Source of the DNA: an archaeon
Lineage (GTDB): Archaea > Nanobdellota > Nanobdellia > Pacearchaeales > UBA284
Assembly (NCBI GenBank): GCA_020343435.1
Contig: CP070794.1
Coordinates: 397,209 to 461,208 of the forward strand
DNA length: 64,000 nt
Reading direction: 5' to 3'
Under the pieces are notes generated by a model. The model had not been told where the DNA came from. It did not search any database and worked only from the letters and a program-made list of their open reading frames with translations. The translations under genes and the position numbers were made by a program. Within the stretch, counting starts at the first letter, position 1. Each line of letters starts with the position of its first letter. Positions 55,682 through 64,000 of this stretch are shown in pieces.

Positions 55682-55843
55682 ATGGCAGAAGAATTAAAAA
55701 TACCATCCTCGGGTGGAGGATTGATGCGTTATTCAGAAGAATATGATAGTAAGATAAGGATAAAACCAGAGGTTATTATTGGAATAACAATTGCAATTAT
55801 AGCTTTTGAATTATTATTAAGAGTTTTTGGTGGAGCAGTTTGA
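55682..55843 (+). CDS. secG: Preprotein translocase subunit Sec61-beta (archaeal SecG), 53 aa
   Basis: MAEELKIPSSGGGLMRYSEEYDSKIRIKPEVIIGITIAIIAFELLLRVF shows the typical tail-anchored pattern. It is below the length cut-off of the ORF track. Confidence 0.7.
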   Translation: MAEELKIPSSGGGLMRYSEEYDSKIRIKPEVIIGITIAIIAFELLLRVFGGAV

Positions 55844-55883
55844 TTCTAGAAAAATACTTAAAATTTAAAATCTTAATTAAAAA

Positions 55884-56345
55884 ATGGTTTATGAGAAATA
55901 TGGAACTAAAGGAAGTCCTGAACACAAATCATGTGGAGGAATTGTCTTTAAAAAAGATTCTAGAGAAGTTTTATTGTTAAAAAGGTCTAAGGAAAAATGG
56001 GGGAAAGAGAGTTGGCATCTTCCAAAAAGAACAACTTTATCTGGAGAGAAAGACAAGCAAACTGTTGAAAGAGGAGTTCTAGAAGAAACAGGATGGGAAG
56101 TTAAAGCTTTTGAATTAATAGGAGAATTAAAATCAACATTTAGAAGAGCTGGGACAGATATAAACAAAACAACTTATTATTACAGATGTGAACCAGTTAA
56201 AAAGATTACAGATGAAATAGAAGTATCTCATAATTCTGTTGAATGGGTTCAATTAGATGAAGCAATAAAAAGAACAGCAGAGTATAAGGAAGCTGAACAT
56301 GAAGATGAGATCTTAACTAAATTTAAAGAACATATTTTACATTAA
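55884..56345 (+). CDS. NUDIX hydrolase
   Basis: Nudix box GEKDKQTVERGVLEETGWE. Confidence 0.8.
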   Translation: MVYEKYGTKGSPEHKSCGGIVFKKDSREVLLLKRSKEKWGKESWHLPKRTTLSGEKDKQTVERGVLEETGWEVKAFELIGELKSTFRRAGTDINKTTYYYRCEPVKKITDEIEVSHNSVEWVQLDEAIKRTAEYKEAEHEDEILTKFKEHILH

Positions 56346-56381
56346 CATAATTGTTTTATATTCTAAAAACTTCTAAGTTTA

Positions 56382-56804
56382 ATGTTAGATCAAATACAAA
56401 TTGCTGAAAAGTTTCTAAGAACAGCAGATCATTTAACTTATGTTACTTATCCACTAATGCAAGACGGTAATATTTTAAAAAAAATTCTTCTGAATTTAAA
56501 GTTGAGTATGGAAAAAGTTGTTTACATCCTTTCAGATAAGAAAAAAGATAATGGTAGAGTTACTGAAAAGTTTAATGAGTTATTAAATGAAGAAGAAATA
56601 AAGATTATTCCAAAAATGATTGATAATTTTAGAAAAAAAGAACAAAGTTCTGTTGAATTTCTAAGAAAAAATAAACTTGTGTTAATGAATGACGATCTGA
56701 AAGTAGACACAATAAATTTAGATGATCTGAAAGAGTACATACAATTACTAAAAAAATTAATTAGAGAAATAAAAAACAAGTATCAGACATCGATAAATAT
56801 ATAA
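56382..56804 (+). CDS. Hypothetical helical protein, paralogue of the next gene
   Basis: It shares the ADHL.YV...D..IL pattern and a C-terminal F.RKN....D....I....LK..Y pattern with 56870-57322. Confidence 0.5.
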   Translation: MLDQIQIAEKFLRTADHLTYVTYPLMQDGNILKKILLNLKLSMEKVVYILSDKKKDNGRVTEKFNELLNEEEIKIIPKMIDNFRKKEQSSVEFLRKNKLVLMNDDLKVDTINLDDLKEYIQLLKKLIREIKNKYQTSINI

Positions 56805-56869
56805 AGAAGTTCGTATTTCTACAAGTTCCCTAAAATGCCTAAAAAAGAGAATTAATGAATTCTTAAAAC

Positions 56870-57322
56870 ATGAAGAACTTAATGAAAGAGATAAAAAGAG
56901 AACAAAAGATGGCAGATCATCTTTTTTATGTTAGTCTAAAATACACCAAAAGCGGAGATGTTATCTTAAATTTGATTAAAAGGTGGGAGATGGTGGTTCA
57001 CCATTGTATATTCTTGTTATTAAAAAAATCTAAAAAGAAAAAATCTATTACAATTGTTCCATCTGCTCCAAAAGCTAAAGAGTTATTAGTTAGGAGATAC
57101 TATAGAGATCCTATTGTTAAGAAAGTTTTAGATTATTATGCACTCTTTAGGAGAATGCCTAACTTAGAAAAGATAAAAGAACATGAGTTTAGAAAAAACG
57201 TTGCTGTTAGAGTTATAGATGCTGGAAAGGAAATTGAGATTAATATGGAAAAGTTGAAAAAATTTTATGAATTGTTCAATGACTTTGTGAGATATTGTGA
57301 AAAGGTTTATGCTAGAAAATAA
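56870..57322 (+). CDS. Hypothetical helical protein, paralogue of the previous gene
   Basis: See 56382-56804. Confidence 0.5.
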   Translation: MKNLMKEIKREQKMADHLFYVSLKYTKSGDVILNLIKRWEMVVHHCIFLLLKKSKKKKSITIVPSAPKAKELLVRRYYRDPIVKKVLDYYALFRRMPNLEKIKEHEFRKNVAVRVIDAGKEIEINMEKLKKFYELFNDFVRYCEKVYARK

Positions 57323-57357
57323 AAAAAGTTTTTAAAGGGCAGAATTTTAATAATAAT

Positions 57358-58122
57358 ATGAAAAGAGGAAAATTAGTTGTTTTAACATCAGGAAAGGGGG
57401 GTACTGGAAAAACAGTAAGTTCTATAAATATTGCAGCAGCATTACATGCTCTAGGAAAAAATGTTGTTCTTGTTGATGCTAATTTAACAACACCAAATGT
57501 TTCTTTGCATCTGGGAGCCCCAGTTGTTCCAACAACATTAAATCATGTTTTGAGAGGCAATAAAAGAGTAAATCAAGCAGTTTATGAACATCATTCTGGT
57601 CTGAAAGTTGTTCCTGCAAGTATCTCTGTAGATGCTTTAAGAAAAGTAAGACCTGAGAAGTTTAGGGGGGCAGTTAAAAAATTAAAGAATATAGCAGACT
57701 TAGTTATTGTTGATTCTTCTGCAGGATTAGGAAAAGAGGCTTTAATGGCAATACAACATGCTGATGAATTATTAGTTGTAACAAATCCTGAAATACCAGC
57801 TGTAACAGATGCATTAAAAACAATTAAATTAGCTGAGAAATTAAAGAAAAAGATTGTTGGAGTTGTTGTTACAAGAAGAAGGGGGAGAAAAGAGATGTCT
57901 GTTAAAAATGTAGCTTATATGTTAGAAAAACCAATAATTGGTGTTGTTCCAGAAGATGAATCTGTACCAGAATCTATTATGTTAAGAGATATTTTAGTTA
58001 ACTGTAAACCAAGAAGCAAGGCTGCAAGAAGTTATAAAAGAATAGCTTCAAGAATGGTGGGGGAAAAATTTCTTGATAAGCCTGGATTTTTCGAAAGCCT
58101 TTTCAGTTGGATGAAAAGGTAA
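57358..58122 (+). CDS. minD: MinD/ParA-family P-loop ATPase
   Basis: Deviant Walker A TSGKGGTGKTVSS, 254 aa. Confidence 0.85.
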   Translation: MKRGKLVVLTSGKGGTGKTVSSINIAAALHALGKNVVLVDANLTTPNVSLHLGAPVVPTTLNHVLRGNKRVNQAVYEHHSGLKVVPASISVDALRKVRPEKFRGAVKKLKNIADLVIVDSSAGLGKEALMAIQHADELLVVTNPEIPAVTDALKTIKLAEKLKKKIVGVVVTRRRGRKEMSVKNVAYMLEKPIIGVVPEDESVPESIMLRDILVNCKPRSKAARSYKRIASRMVGEKFLDKPGFFESLFSWMKR

Positions 58123-61100
58123 GGTACGATAAGGTTTCTTCTTTTCTTTTTTTATTAGTTTCTTGTATAGTAAGAATGATAAAACAGCTGCTACTGCTAA
58201 AAGGATTACAGATAAGGCGAATGCAACAACAGGATCTCCTGGTTTTGGTTCTATAACTTCAAAAATTGTGCTGGCACTAGCATAGTCTTCTCCATACCTC
58301 ACTTCTGCAAAAAGGACATGGGTTCCTGCATAGGTGTTTTTAGGAACTTTAAAAGATCCCCAATGGCTAGATTGAGTTTCTATAGCCATAGATTCTGATT
58401 TTGTTAATATTACTTGATCCTTTGAATTTTTAACTAAGTATGTTAAATTTATATCTAACATTCCTTCTCCAGACATTTTACGCATGTGAATAATAAAAAA
58501 GAAATCATCTCCAGGATGCACTTCTAAAAATTGTTTTGGTATTTCTATCTCAACATCTAATAAAGTTTTACAGGGTTCTACTTCGATTATTATTTCGATA
58601 TCTTCTATGACCTTTCCAGATTGTACTAGTATCTTTCCAAAATATATATCTGGCTCACAATTTCCTTTGGGAGTTATTTGAACACTAATGTTCTTAGTTT
58701 CTTTAGGTTTTAATTCAAAATTGTTTTCACTTAAACTCACAAATTCTGAGATAGATGCAATATCAAGAGTTGTATTTATCTTATTTGACCCATTGTTTCT
58801 TATTGTGAAATATTCTCTTTTGATCCCTCCCGAAAATACAGAAGTTTTGATTAGTTTTCTGCTTATGACAAAGGCGGGTAGTTGTTCTCTTGGGAAGCCT
58901 CCTCCGCCTCCTCCGCCAGTTCCTCCTTGGACACTAACTGTAAGATTATATTTTTCAGATTCTCCAAGATTTGGGCCATCACTGCAATTAACACTCCAAA
59001 AGTATGCTCCATTATTTACATTCTGGATGAAGCTATTTTGAGTACCATTAGTTATTGAATAGTCAGTCTGGACTAATGTGTCATTTATAATAAGTTCACA
59101 GTATGAAATTCCTGCATTATCTGTAACATTATAAGTAAAGGTTATAGTATTTGAGGATGTTATAGTTGAGTCGTTTACAGGAGTTAAAAGAGTAATATTT
59201 GGAGCTGTTGAATCAGGACATGAATCTGGCCAGTTATTGTTATTAAAATCAGCATATTTACAGATGCTGTCATTTACTTGGTTACAGACGAAGAATGTTG
59301 TTTCATTACCTTTTATTATGTTATTGTCAGTTGTCTCATTTACATTTGCATAAATTGAATAAACCCCTTCACTTAATGAGGAAACATCAGCTGTTCCATA
59401 ACAAATTGAACCTGTTGCTGCAAATGATGTAAGAGAAATTTCATCGGTTGAGTTCTTTGCAAATATTTCACACGAACCTAAAGTATCTGTTGCAACTACA
59501 TTGAATGTTGAATTAATGACTAGTGATGAATTAGTGGTGTTTAGGAACATCATATCTACTGTTACTGTATTACCTCTTGGTAGTATATTAAGTTGATATG
59601 TTTCTTGGATAGGAGTTCCAATATTTGAATAATAATCAACAGGAGTTACATTAATATAATATGTACCTTCTTGTGATGGTGTAAAGTTTCCTAAACAGGA
59701 TGTGCTATTAGAAGGATTATGGGTTTCTGTACCATAAATATACCAATCACAAAGACCTAATTGATTGTTGTCAGATATATTAGCTCTTAAATATACTGGA
59801 GAGCTATAACTTAACATTCCAGAAGATGGAATTACTTCGATAGACTGGGCTTGTGGAGTGATATTTTCAACAATTTCATATGGTATGTAATTTTCTGTTG
59901 ATAATTGCTCTTCTCCTGCTTCTTCTGCCCATATTAGTTCATAGGTTGAAGAACTTAACTCTTCAACTGATTCTATTAAGAATGAGAGCTCGTAACCAGA
60001 AGGAAAATCTTCTGTAGATTCAACTATAAATCCATTTGGGGTTTCAGTAATTCCAAAGTCTGCAGCATCTTGGCCAGAGAGATATGCTGTTGAGACATTG
60101 AACTTAGATTTATTAAATATTCCACCCACAGCACTTCCTAAAGTCCATTGTGCATGAGTAGATTCGCTTGTATCTTTTAATGTAATATTATACCAATAAC
60201 CATTTTTTATTCTTGAGGTATGATCTAGTATGTATGTGTCAGAAGCTGAATTTATTGAAGTCTGACCATCTTTTGTTGGCAAACTTAATGGAGTTGTTCC
60301 TGAGATTGTTGTCAAGTTGCATTGAGTATTACATCCATAATCATAACAATCTGTACTATTATCTGCATCATTATCAAATCCGTCAAAGCAATCTGAAAGA
60401 GTTGATTCTGAAGCTCTGCAATATACATCTGTGTTGTTTATTACTCCTCCTATTTCATCAACACAATATGAATCATTGCAATCTATTGATCCATCGGCAT
60501 CATTATCAAAATTATCTGAGCAATCTACTTCTGCTGCTTCACATAATGCTCCTGATGTATCTCCGACCATACCTAAACAATCAGTGTCTGCGCAATCAGT
60601 TCCATCTGAGCCTATACCTCCATCATTGTCACTTGAATCTGCGCAAGAATCCCATGTAACATTTTCATAAGCTTTACATTCACCTATCCCGCACATGCCA
60701 AATTGGTGGAAACAATCAGTGTCTGCGCAATCTACAGTTGTATCTAAATCATTGTCAATTGTGTCAGAACATTTACCAGGATTGTTAAATCCAGGAACTG
60801 AGGAATTATATTCATAATCAGAGCATGATTGTTCTGAATTATTTGGATTTACAACATTATTGCAGTCTGTGTCATTGCAATCTATACCTGTTGATGAATT
60901 AGAGACCCAAACACTGGCCCAGTAGTATGCATCAAGGTCATTGTCAATATTGTCAAAGCACCATGAGGAGTTCAATGATTCATTACCAGGAGCTAGTCCA
61001 TGAGACTGGCAATCATAATCATCAAAATCTGTATCATTTGAGAAAGTTTGATTAAAGTAAGCTTCATAACCAGATGTGTCGTTGATCCAGCCAGCATGAG

Positions 61101-63261
61101 GCATTGAGCTAGCATACTGGTCATAATCATTATCAAAACTATCTGTGCAGTTGATCTCTCTTCCTAATTCACATCTATAACCATTACTTAAGGTTGTTAA
61201 GTTGCAATCTTCATCTGGGTTATAATTTGTTCCATAACTAAAATAACCCCCCCATCTACAATCTATTCCAGAACCATTAGTATTATTAACAGAATACTCG
61301 TCTGTGTAATAACCTGATAAGAAAATAGCATCCCAATCATTATCAAGGTTATCATTACATAAAGACCCTGTTTCTTCTGATAGATTATTCTGTCTACAAT
61401 AAGAATCACAGTCATACTCTGCATAAGCTGGAGTGATATTTGCTGTAGGTCCTGAGACAGCACTTATTTCGCAATCTTTTAGTTGTAATGCATCATTGTC
61501 AAAGTTATCTGAACAATTATTTTCATAAGCCCAGTTACATAATTGGCCTACTGAACCACCTATCTTACCACTGCAGTCAGGATCTTCACAATCTATCAAA
61601 TCAGATGAATACGTAGAATTATATTTTGTTCCATTGTTGTCAACTTTTTCTGATGCAGCAAAATCTGTTTCACCTAAAGTGTAATCCCAATCATTATTAA
61701 GAGTATCGTTACATGTAAGTTCTACAGCAGGGCAAGCTGAATCATTTTGGAAACAATCTGAATCATGGCAATCTGTATAACCAGTACCACTTGTATAATC
61801 ATAATCATTATCAAACTCGTCTGTACAGTTAATTTCTGTTTGATAATTACAAACACCTGTTTTTCCAGATCCAAACTCATTTGTCTGTGAATCATCCCCT
61901 TGTGTGTTATTGCAATCAAGATCAAAGCAGTCAAAACTATACTGCCATATTCCATTTAAGTAATCAAAATCATTATTTGCTTCATCACCACATCTTCCTC
62001 CAGCATCTGTAGCAGCAGATGTGTTTTCTGATTCATTATTATTTTTAAACCCATAACTTGGATTAAATGTGGCATTGAAATAAGCTGGGTCTCCATCATT
62101 TCCAACAACACCATATCCTAAGATTAAGTACAAGGATCTGTTTTCATCTAAATCAGCATCAAATGATACATTGAATGTTAAATCTAAGGTTCCAGTAAAA
62201 GGGCTGCCTAATCTATTGTGAGCTACATTAAAGGTTCCATCTCCATTAGGAGTGAATGTTGTTGTACCTGAACCTGTTTCATTTCCATAAACAGTTGCAT
62301 TACTTACATTAGTTAAGTTATATATTGTAATTGTAAATGTTTTTGAAGCTAAAGTTTCAGTTAACCTTAGTTTGAAATTTCCACTTGTATTTGTGTATCT
62401 TGTGTAAGCTATAGGGGTTGTGTAGCCACCAAATGAAACATTAAAGGTTGCATAACCATTTGGATCATCTATTCCAGCATAGTATCCTCCAAAGTAATCT
62501 ATTGGGTCGCATGTTGGAAAAAATATTCCATTGCAGTAACTATCGCTGCAAGCTACACCAGGATTATTAAAACATGTCTCATTGACTGGGTTTCCATTTC
62601 TCATTTGCAAAGCAAATAATGTATCTTCTGCAAACTCGCATTTACCTGTATTATTAAAATAAGTGCCTGGTGTTCCTCTGCATGCTATTGCTCTTGTAAC
62701 TTCAGAAGAATCCCAGTATACTGGACTATGAACATAAATCCTGCTATTGTTCGTTGATTGATTATATGAACCACTTGAATTTGTGAATGTGCAGTTTTTT
62801 AATATCCAAGGAAGATAGTGATTAGTGGGGTGGTCTGTTATAGGGTCTGAAGAATTCATTGTGTAGTTCATAGTGTAATTTTCATTTGTTAAGGAAAGAC
62901 CTGTTTCACTTAAGTTCATTATTGAACCATTTGATAGGTTGATAAAACAGCTTATCATCTCTGTTGGGCCAATAGTTATATTGACAAATCTAATGCTAAA
63001 ATTATTAACACGGGTTCCAACTAAACTAGAATTGTAAGGTTCAAATACTCCTTCTGGAGGCATTATTTGATCCCAAGGTACTGCTCTTTCACCAGATATA
63101 ACTATTATTGAAGCGCTAATTGACTGAGCAGATGCTTCTCCACTAATCTCAATTGCAGATCCTGTTGTGTTAATACTAGAACTTGTAACTGTAACAGCTG
63201 AACTAAAGGAAATTAAGAATACAAAACAGAGTAAAAATATTATAAGTAATCCCCTTTTCAT
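58048..63261 (-). CDS. Giant (1737 aa) surface protein with 11 Cys/Asp-rich C-x-D-x2-D-N-D repeats and a C-terminal TM anchor
   Basis: Signal peptide and sequon-rich N-terminal region. Residues ~424-981 carry repeats such as CSDNFDNDADGSIDCNDSYC. Ig/CARDB-like domains, a poly-Gly linker, a TM helix and a basic tail follow. Confidence 0.65.
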   Translation of the reverse strand: MKRGLLIIFLLCFVFLISFSSAVTVTSSSINTTGSAIEISGEASAQSISASIIVISGERAVPWDQIMPPEGVFEPYNSSLVGTRVNNFSIRFVNITIGPTEMISCFINLSNGSIMNLSETGLSLTNENYTMNYTMNSSDPITDHPTNHYLPWILKNCTFTNSSGSYNQSTNNSRIYVHSPVYWDSSEVTRAIACRGTPGTYFNNTGKCEFAEDTLFALQMRNGNPVNETCFNNPGVACSDSYCNGIFFPTCDPIDYFGGYYAGIDDPNGYATFNVSFGGYTTPIAYTRYTNTSGNFKLRLTETLASKTFTITIYNLTNVSNATVYGNETGSGTTTFTPNGDGTFNVAHNRLGSPFTGTLDLTFNVSFDADLDENRSLYLILGYGVVGNDGDPAYFNATFNPSYGFKNNNESENTSAATDAGGRCGDEANNDFDYLNGIWQYSFDCFDLDCNNTQGDDSQTNEFGSGKTGVCNYQTEINCTDEFDNDYDYTSGTGYTDCHDSDCFQNDSACPAVELTCNDTLNNDWDYTLGETDFAASEKVDNNGTKYNSTYSSDLIDCEDPDCSGKIGGSVGQLCNWAYENNCSDNFDNDALQLKDCEISAVSGPTANITPAYAEYDCDSYCRQNNLSEETGSLCNDNLDNDWDAIFLSGYYTDEYSVNNTNGSGIDCRWGGYFSYGTNYNPDEDCNLTTLSNGYRCELGREINCTDSFDNDYDQYASSMPHAGWINDTSGYEAYFNQTFSNDTDFDDYDCQSHGLAPGNESLNSSWCFDNIDNDLDAYYWASVWVSNSSTGIDCNDTDCNNVVNPNNSEQSCSDYEYNSSVPGFNNPGKCSDTIDNDLDTTVDCADTDCFHQFGMCGIGECKAYENVTWDSCADSSDNDGGIGSDGTDCADTDCLGMVGDTSGALCEAAEVDCSDNFDNDADGSIDCNDSYCVDEIGGVINNTDVYCRASESTLSDCFDGFDNDADNSTDCYDYGCNTQCNLTTISGTTPLSLPTKDGQTSINSASDTYILDHTSRIKNGYWYNITLKDTSESTHAQWTLGSAVGGIFNKSKFNVSTAYLSGQDAADFGITETPNGFIVESTEDFPSGYELSFLIESVEELSSSTYELIWAEEAGEEQLSTENYIPYEIVENITPQAQSIEVIPSSGMLSYSSPVYLRANISDNNQLGLCDWYIYGTETHNPSNSTSCLGNFTPSQEGTYYINVTPVDYYSNIGTPIQETYQLNILPRGNTVTVDMMFLNTTNSSLVINSTFNVVATDTLGSCEIFAKNSTDEISLTSFAATGSICYGTADVSSLSEGVYSIYANVNETTDNNIIKGNETTFFVCNQVNDSICKYADFNNNNWPDSCPDSTAPNITLLTPVNDSTITSSNTITFTYNVTDNAGISYCELIINDTLVQTDYSITNGTQNSFIQNVNNGAYFWSVNCSDGPNLGESEKYNLTVSVQGGTGGGGGGGFPREQLPAFVISRKLIKTSVFSGGIKREYFTIRNNGSNKINTTLDIASISEFVSLSENNFELKPKETKNISVQITPKGNCEPDIYFGKILVQSGKVIEDIEIIIEVEPCKTLLDVEIEIPKQFLEVHPGDDFFFIIHMRKMSGEGMLDINLTYLVKNSKDQVILTKSESMAIETQSSHWGSFKVPKNTYAGTHVLFAEVRYGEDYASASTIFEVIEPKPGDPVVAFALSVILLAVAAVLSFLLYKKLIKKEKKKPYRTLPFHPTEKAFEKSRLIKKFFPHHS

Positions 63262-63305
63262 ATAACCCCACGTCCTTTTAAATATTTAAAGTTATCCCAA
63301 AGAAT

Positions 63306-63887
63306 TTACTTTTGTTTTGCTTTTTTTGGTAGTTGTTGGTTACTTGGTTTCTTTTTCTTTGAAAGGAAGATTATTAAGAGTATCACTACTACAATAACTA
63401 CAATTAAGATTATTGCCCATGTAGGAAATCCTTTCTCTTCTCCTCCTGGTCTAGTTACAACCACTGGGAAATATTTTTCTATACTAGAACCCATTTGAAC
63501 AACTCCTCGTATTTCTTCTAGAACGGTAGTAAAAGATACTCCTACTTTATATTCTGTTCCATATTTTGCATCTTCAGGAATAGTTATATGCAGATTAACT
63601 AAAATATCTTTTCTTCCAAAAGGAACAAAATAATCAAGGTTTTGGTCAGTAAGTTCAGTTATTTCTTCTCCAGAGACCAACACTGCTCTAAGAGTTATAT
63701 TACTTCCTCCTCTCATGTTTTGAAGTTCTAAAGCAACATCTATTTCTTGTCCAGGAACAACTTCCAAAGGCCTGGTTTCCCAGTAAGGAGATGTTATCCC
63801 AAAAGCTTGAATTCCTGAAGTAACTAGTATCATAGCTAAAACTAAAACTAAAGTTAAAAATACTTTTTTGTTTTTAAGTTTGTTCAT
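63306..63887 (-). CDS. Small surface protein with signal peptide and C-terminal TM anchor
   Basis: 193-aa ORF with SD GAGGT upstream, the signal LVLVLAMILVTSGIQA, and a C-terminal TM helix with a K-rich tail. Confidence 0.55.
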   Translation of the reverse strand: MNKLKNKKVFLTLVLVLAMILVTSGIQAFGITSPYWETRPLEVVPGQEIDVALELQNMRGGSNITLRAVLVSGEEITELTDQNLDYFVPFGRKDILVNLHITIPEDAKYGTEYKVGVSFTTVLEEIRGVVQMGSSIEKYFPVVVTRPGGEEKGFPTWAIILIVVIVVVILLIIFLSKKKKPSNQQLPKKAKQK

Positions 63888-63913
63888 TTTACCTCTTTTT
63901 TATTATGTTTAAC

Positions 63914-64000
63914 TTATGTAATCTTAATTGTCCAAGATCCTAGTGTTGTTGTATTATACTCTTGAGCTATGAGTGTTGTAGAGAGTTGCGGTGTTATACA
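63914..64000 (-). CDS. 3' end of a further minus-strand CDS (partial)
   Basis: Open frame from the window edge ending ...GSWTIKIT, with the stop at 63914-63916, directly upstream of 63306-63887. Confidence 0.3.
   Translation of the reverse strand, partial: CITPQLSTTLIAQEYNTTTLGSWTIKIT

Noticed and set aside
60213-60670. Plus-strand ORFs 60213-60659 and 60431-60670, plus minus-strand alternative-frame ORFs 61263-61463 and 61722-61955
   Set aside because: All lie within the 1737-aa gene. They are His/Leu- or Ser-rich artefacts of the repetitive Asp/Cys codon pattern.
1-64000. Looked for CRISPR arrays, rRNA genes, transposases/IS elements and long dispersed repeats
   Set aside because: I saw no regularly spaced direct repeats, no rRNA-like conserved blocks and no DDE or IS-type ORFs. 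The only mobile-element signature is the tRNA-Glu integrated element.

Overview
This is an AT-rich, very gene-dense archaeal chromosome segment.

**Why Archaea.** The window carries the proteasome-alpha/SBDS/Rrp4/Rrp41/Rrp42/RpoK/enolase superoperon, aCPSF1 and proteasome beta. It also has archaeal-type AspRS, TrpRS and PheRS, an intron-containing tRNA-Tyr with a C1:G72 pair, an RNase P RNA and Sec61-beta. Tiny spacers, overlapping stop codons, few metabolic genes and many surface proteins suggest a reduced DPANN-like genome. That assignment is inference only.

**RNA genes.** I can support 7 tRNAs (Asp, Lys, Tyr with intron, Glu, Gln, Thr, Ser) and RNase P RNA.

**Most interesting signals.**
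1. A roughly 7.1-kb element is integrated at the 3' end of tRNA-Glu (21843-28971). It is bounded by a 12-bp direct repeat and has 11-bp inverted repeats just inside each end. It encodes a tyrosine integrase and an unusual RNase HIII-like/Zn-ribbon/PIN fusion protein.
2. At 830-4187 a strongly expressed secreted protein is built from two tandem 6-Cys modules. It sits with an extracytoplasmic thioredoxin-fold lipoprotein, a DUF134 regulator preceded by twin perfect 14-bp palindromes, a CcdA/DsbD-type thiol transporter and a radical SAM enzyme.
3. A compact CooS-like Ni-CODH-family protein lies near a thioredoxin-reductase-like flavoprotein that lacks the NADPH HRRxxxR motif.
4. A four-gene cluster encodes type IV pilin-like proteins. 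It is followed by an S-layer-like gene and several very large, sequon-rich or Cys/DND-repeat surface proteins.
5. Several orphan genes have visibly higher G+C than their housekeeping neighbours.

No CRISPR array, rRNA or transposase was seen. All family assignments come from motifs read by eye. No database search was possible.
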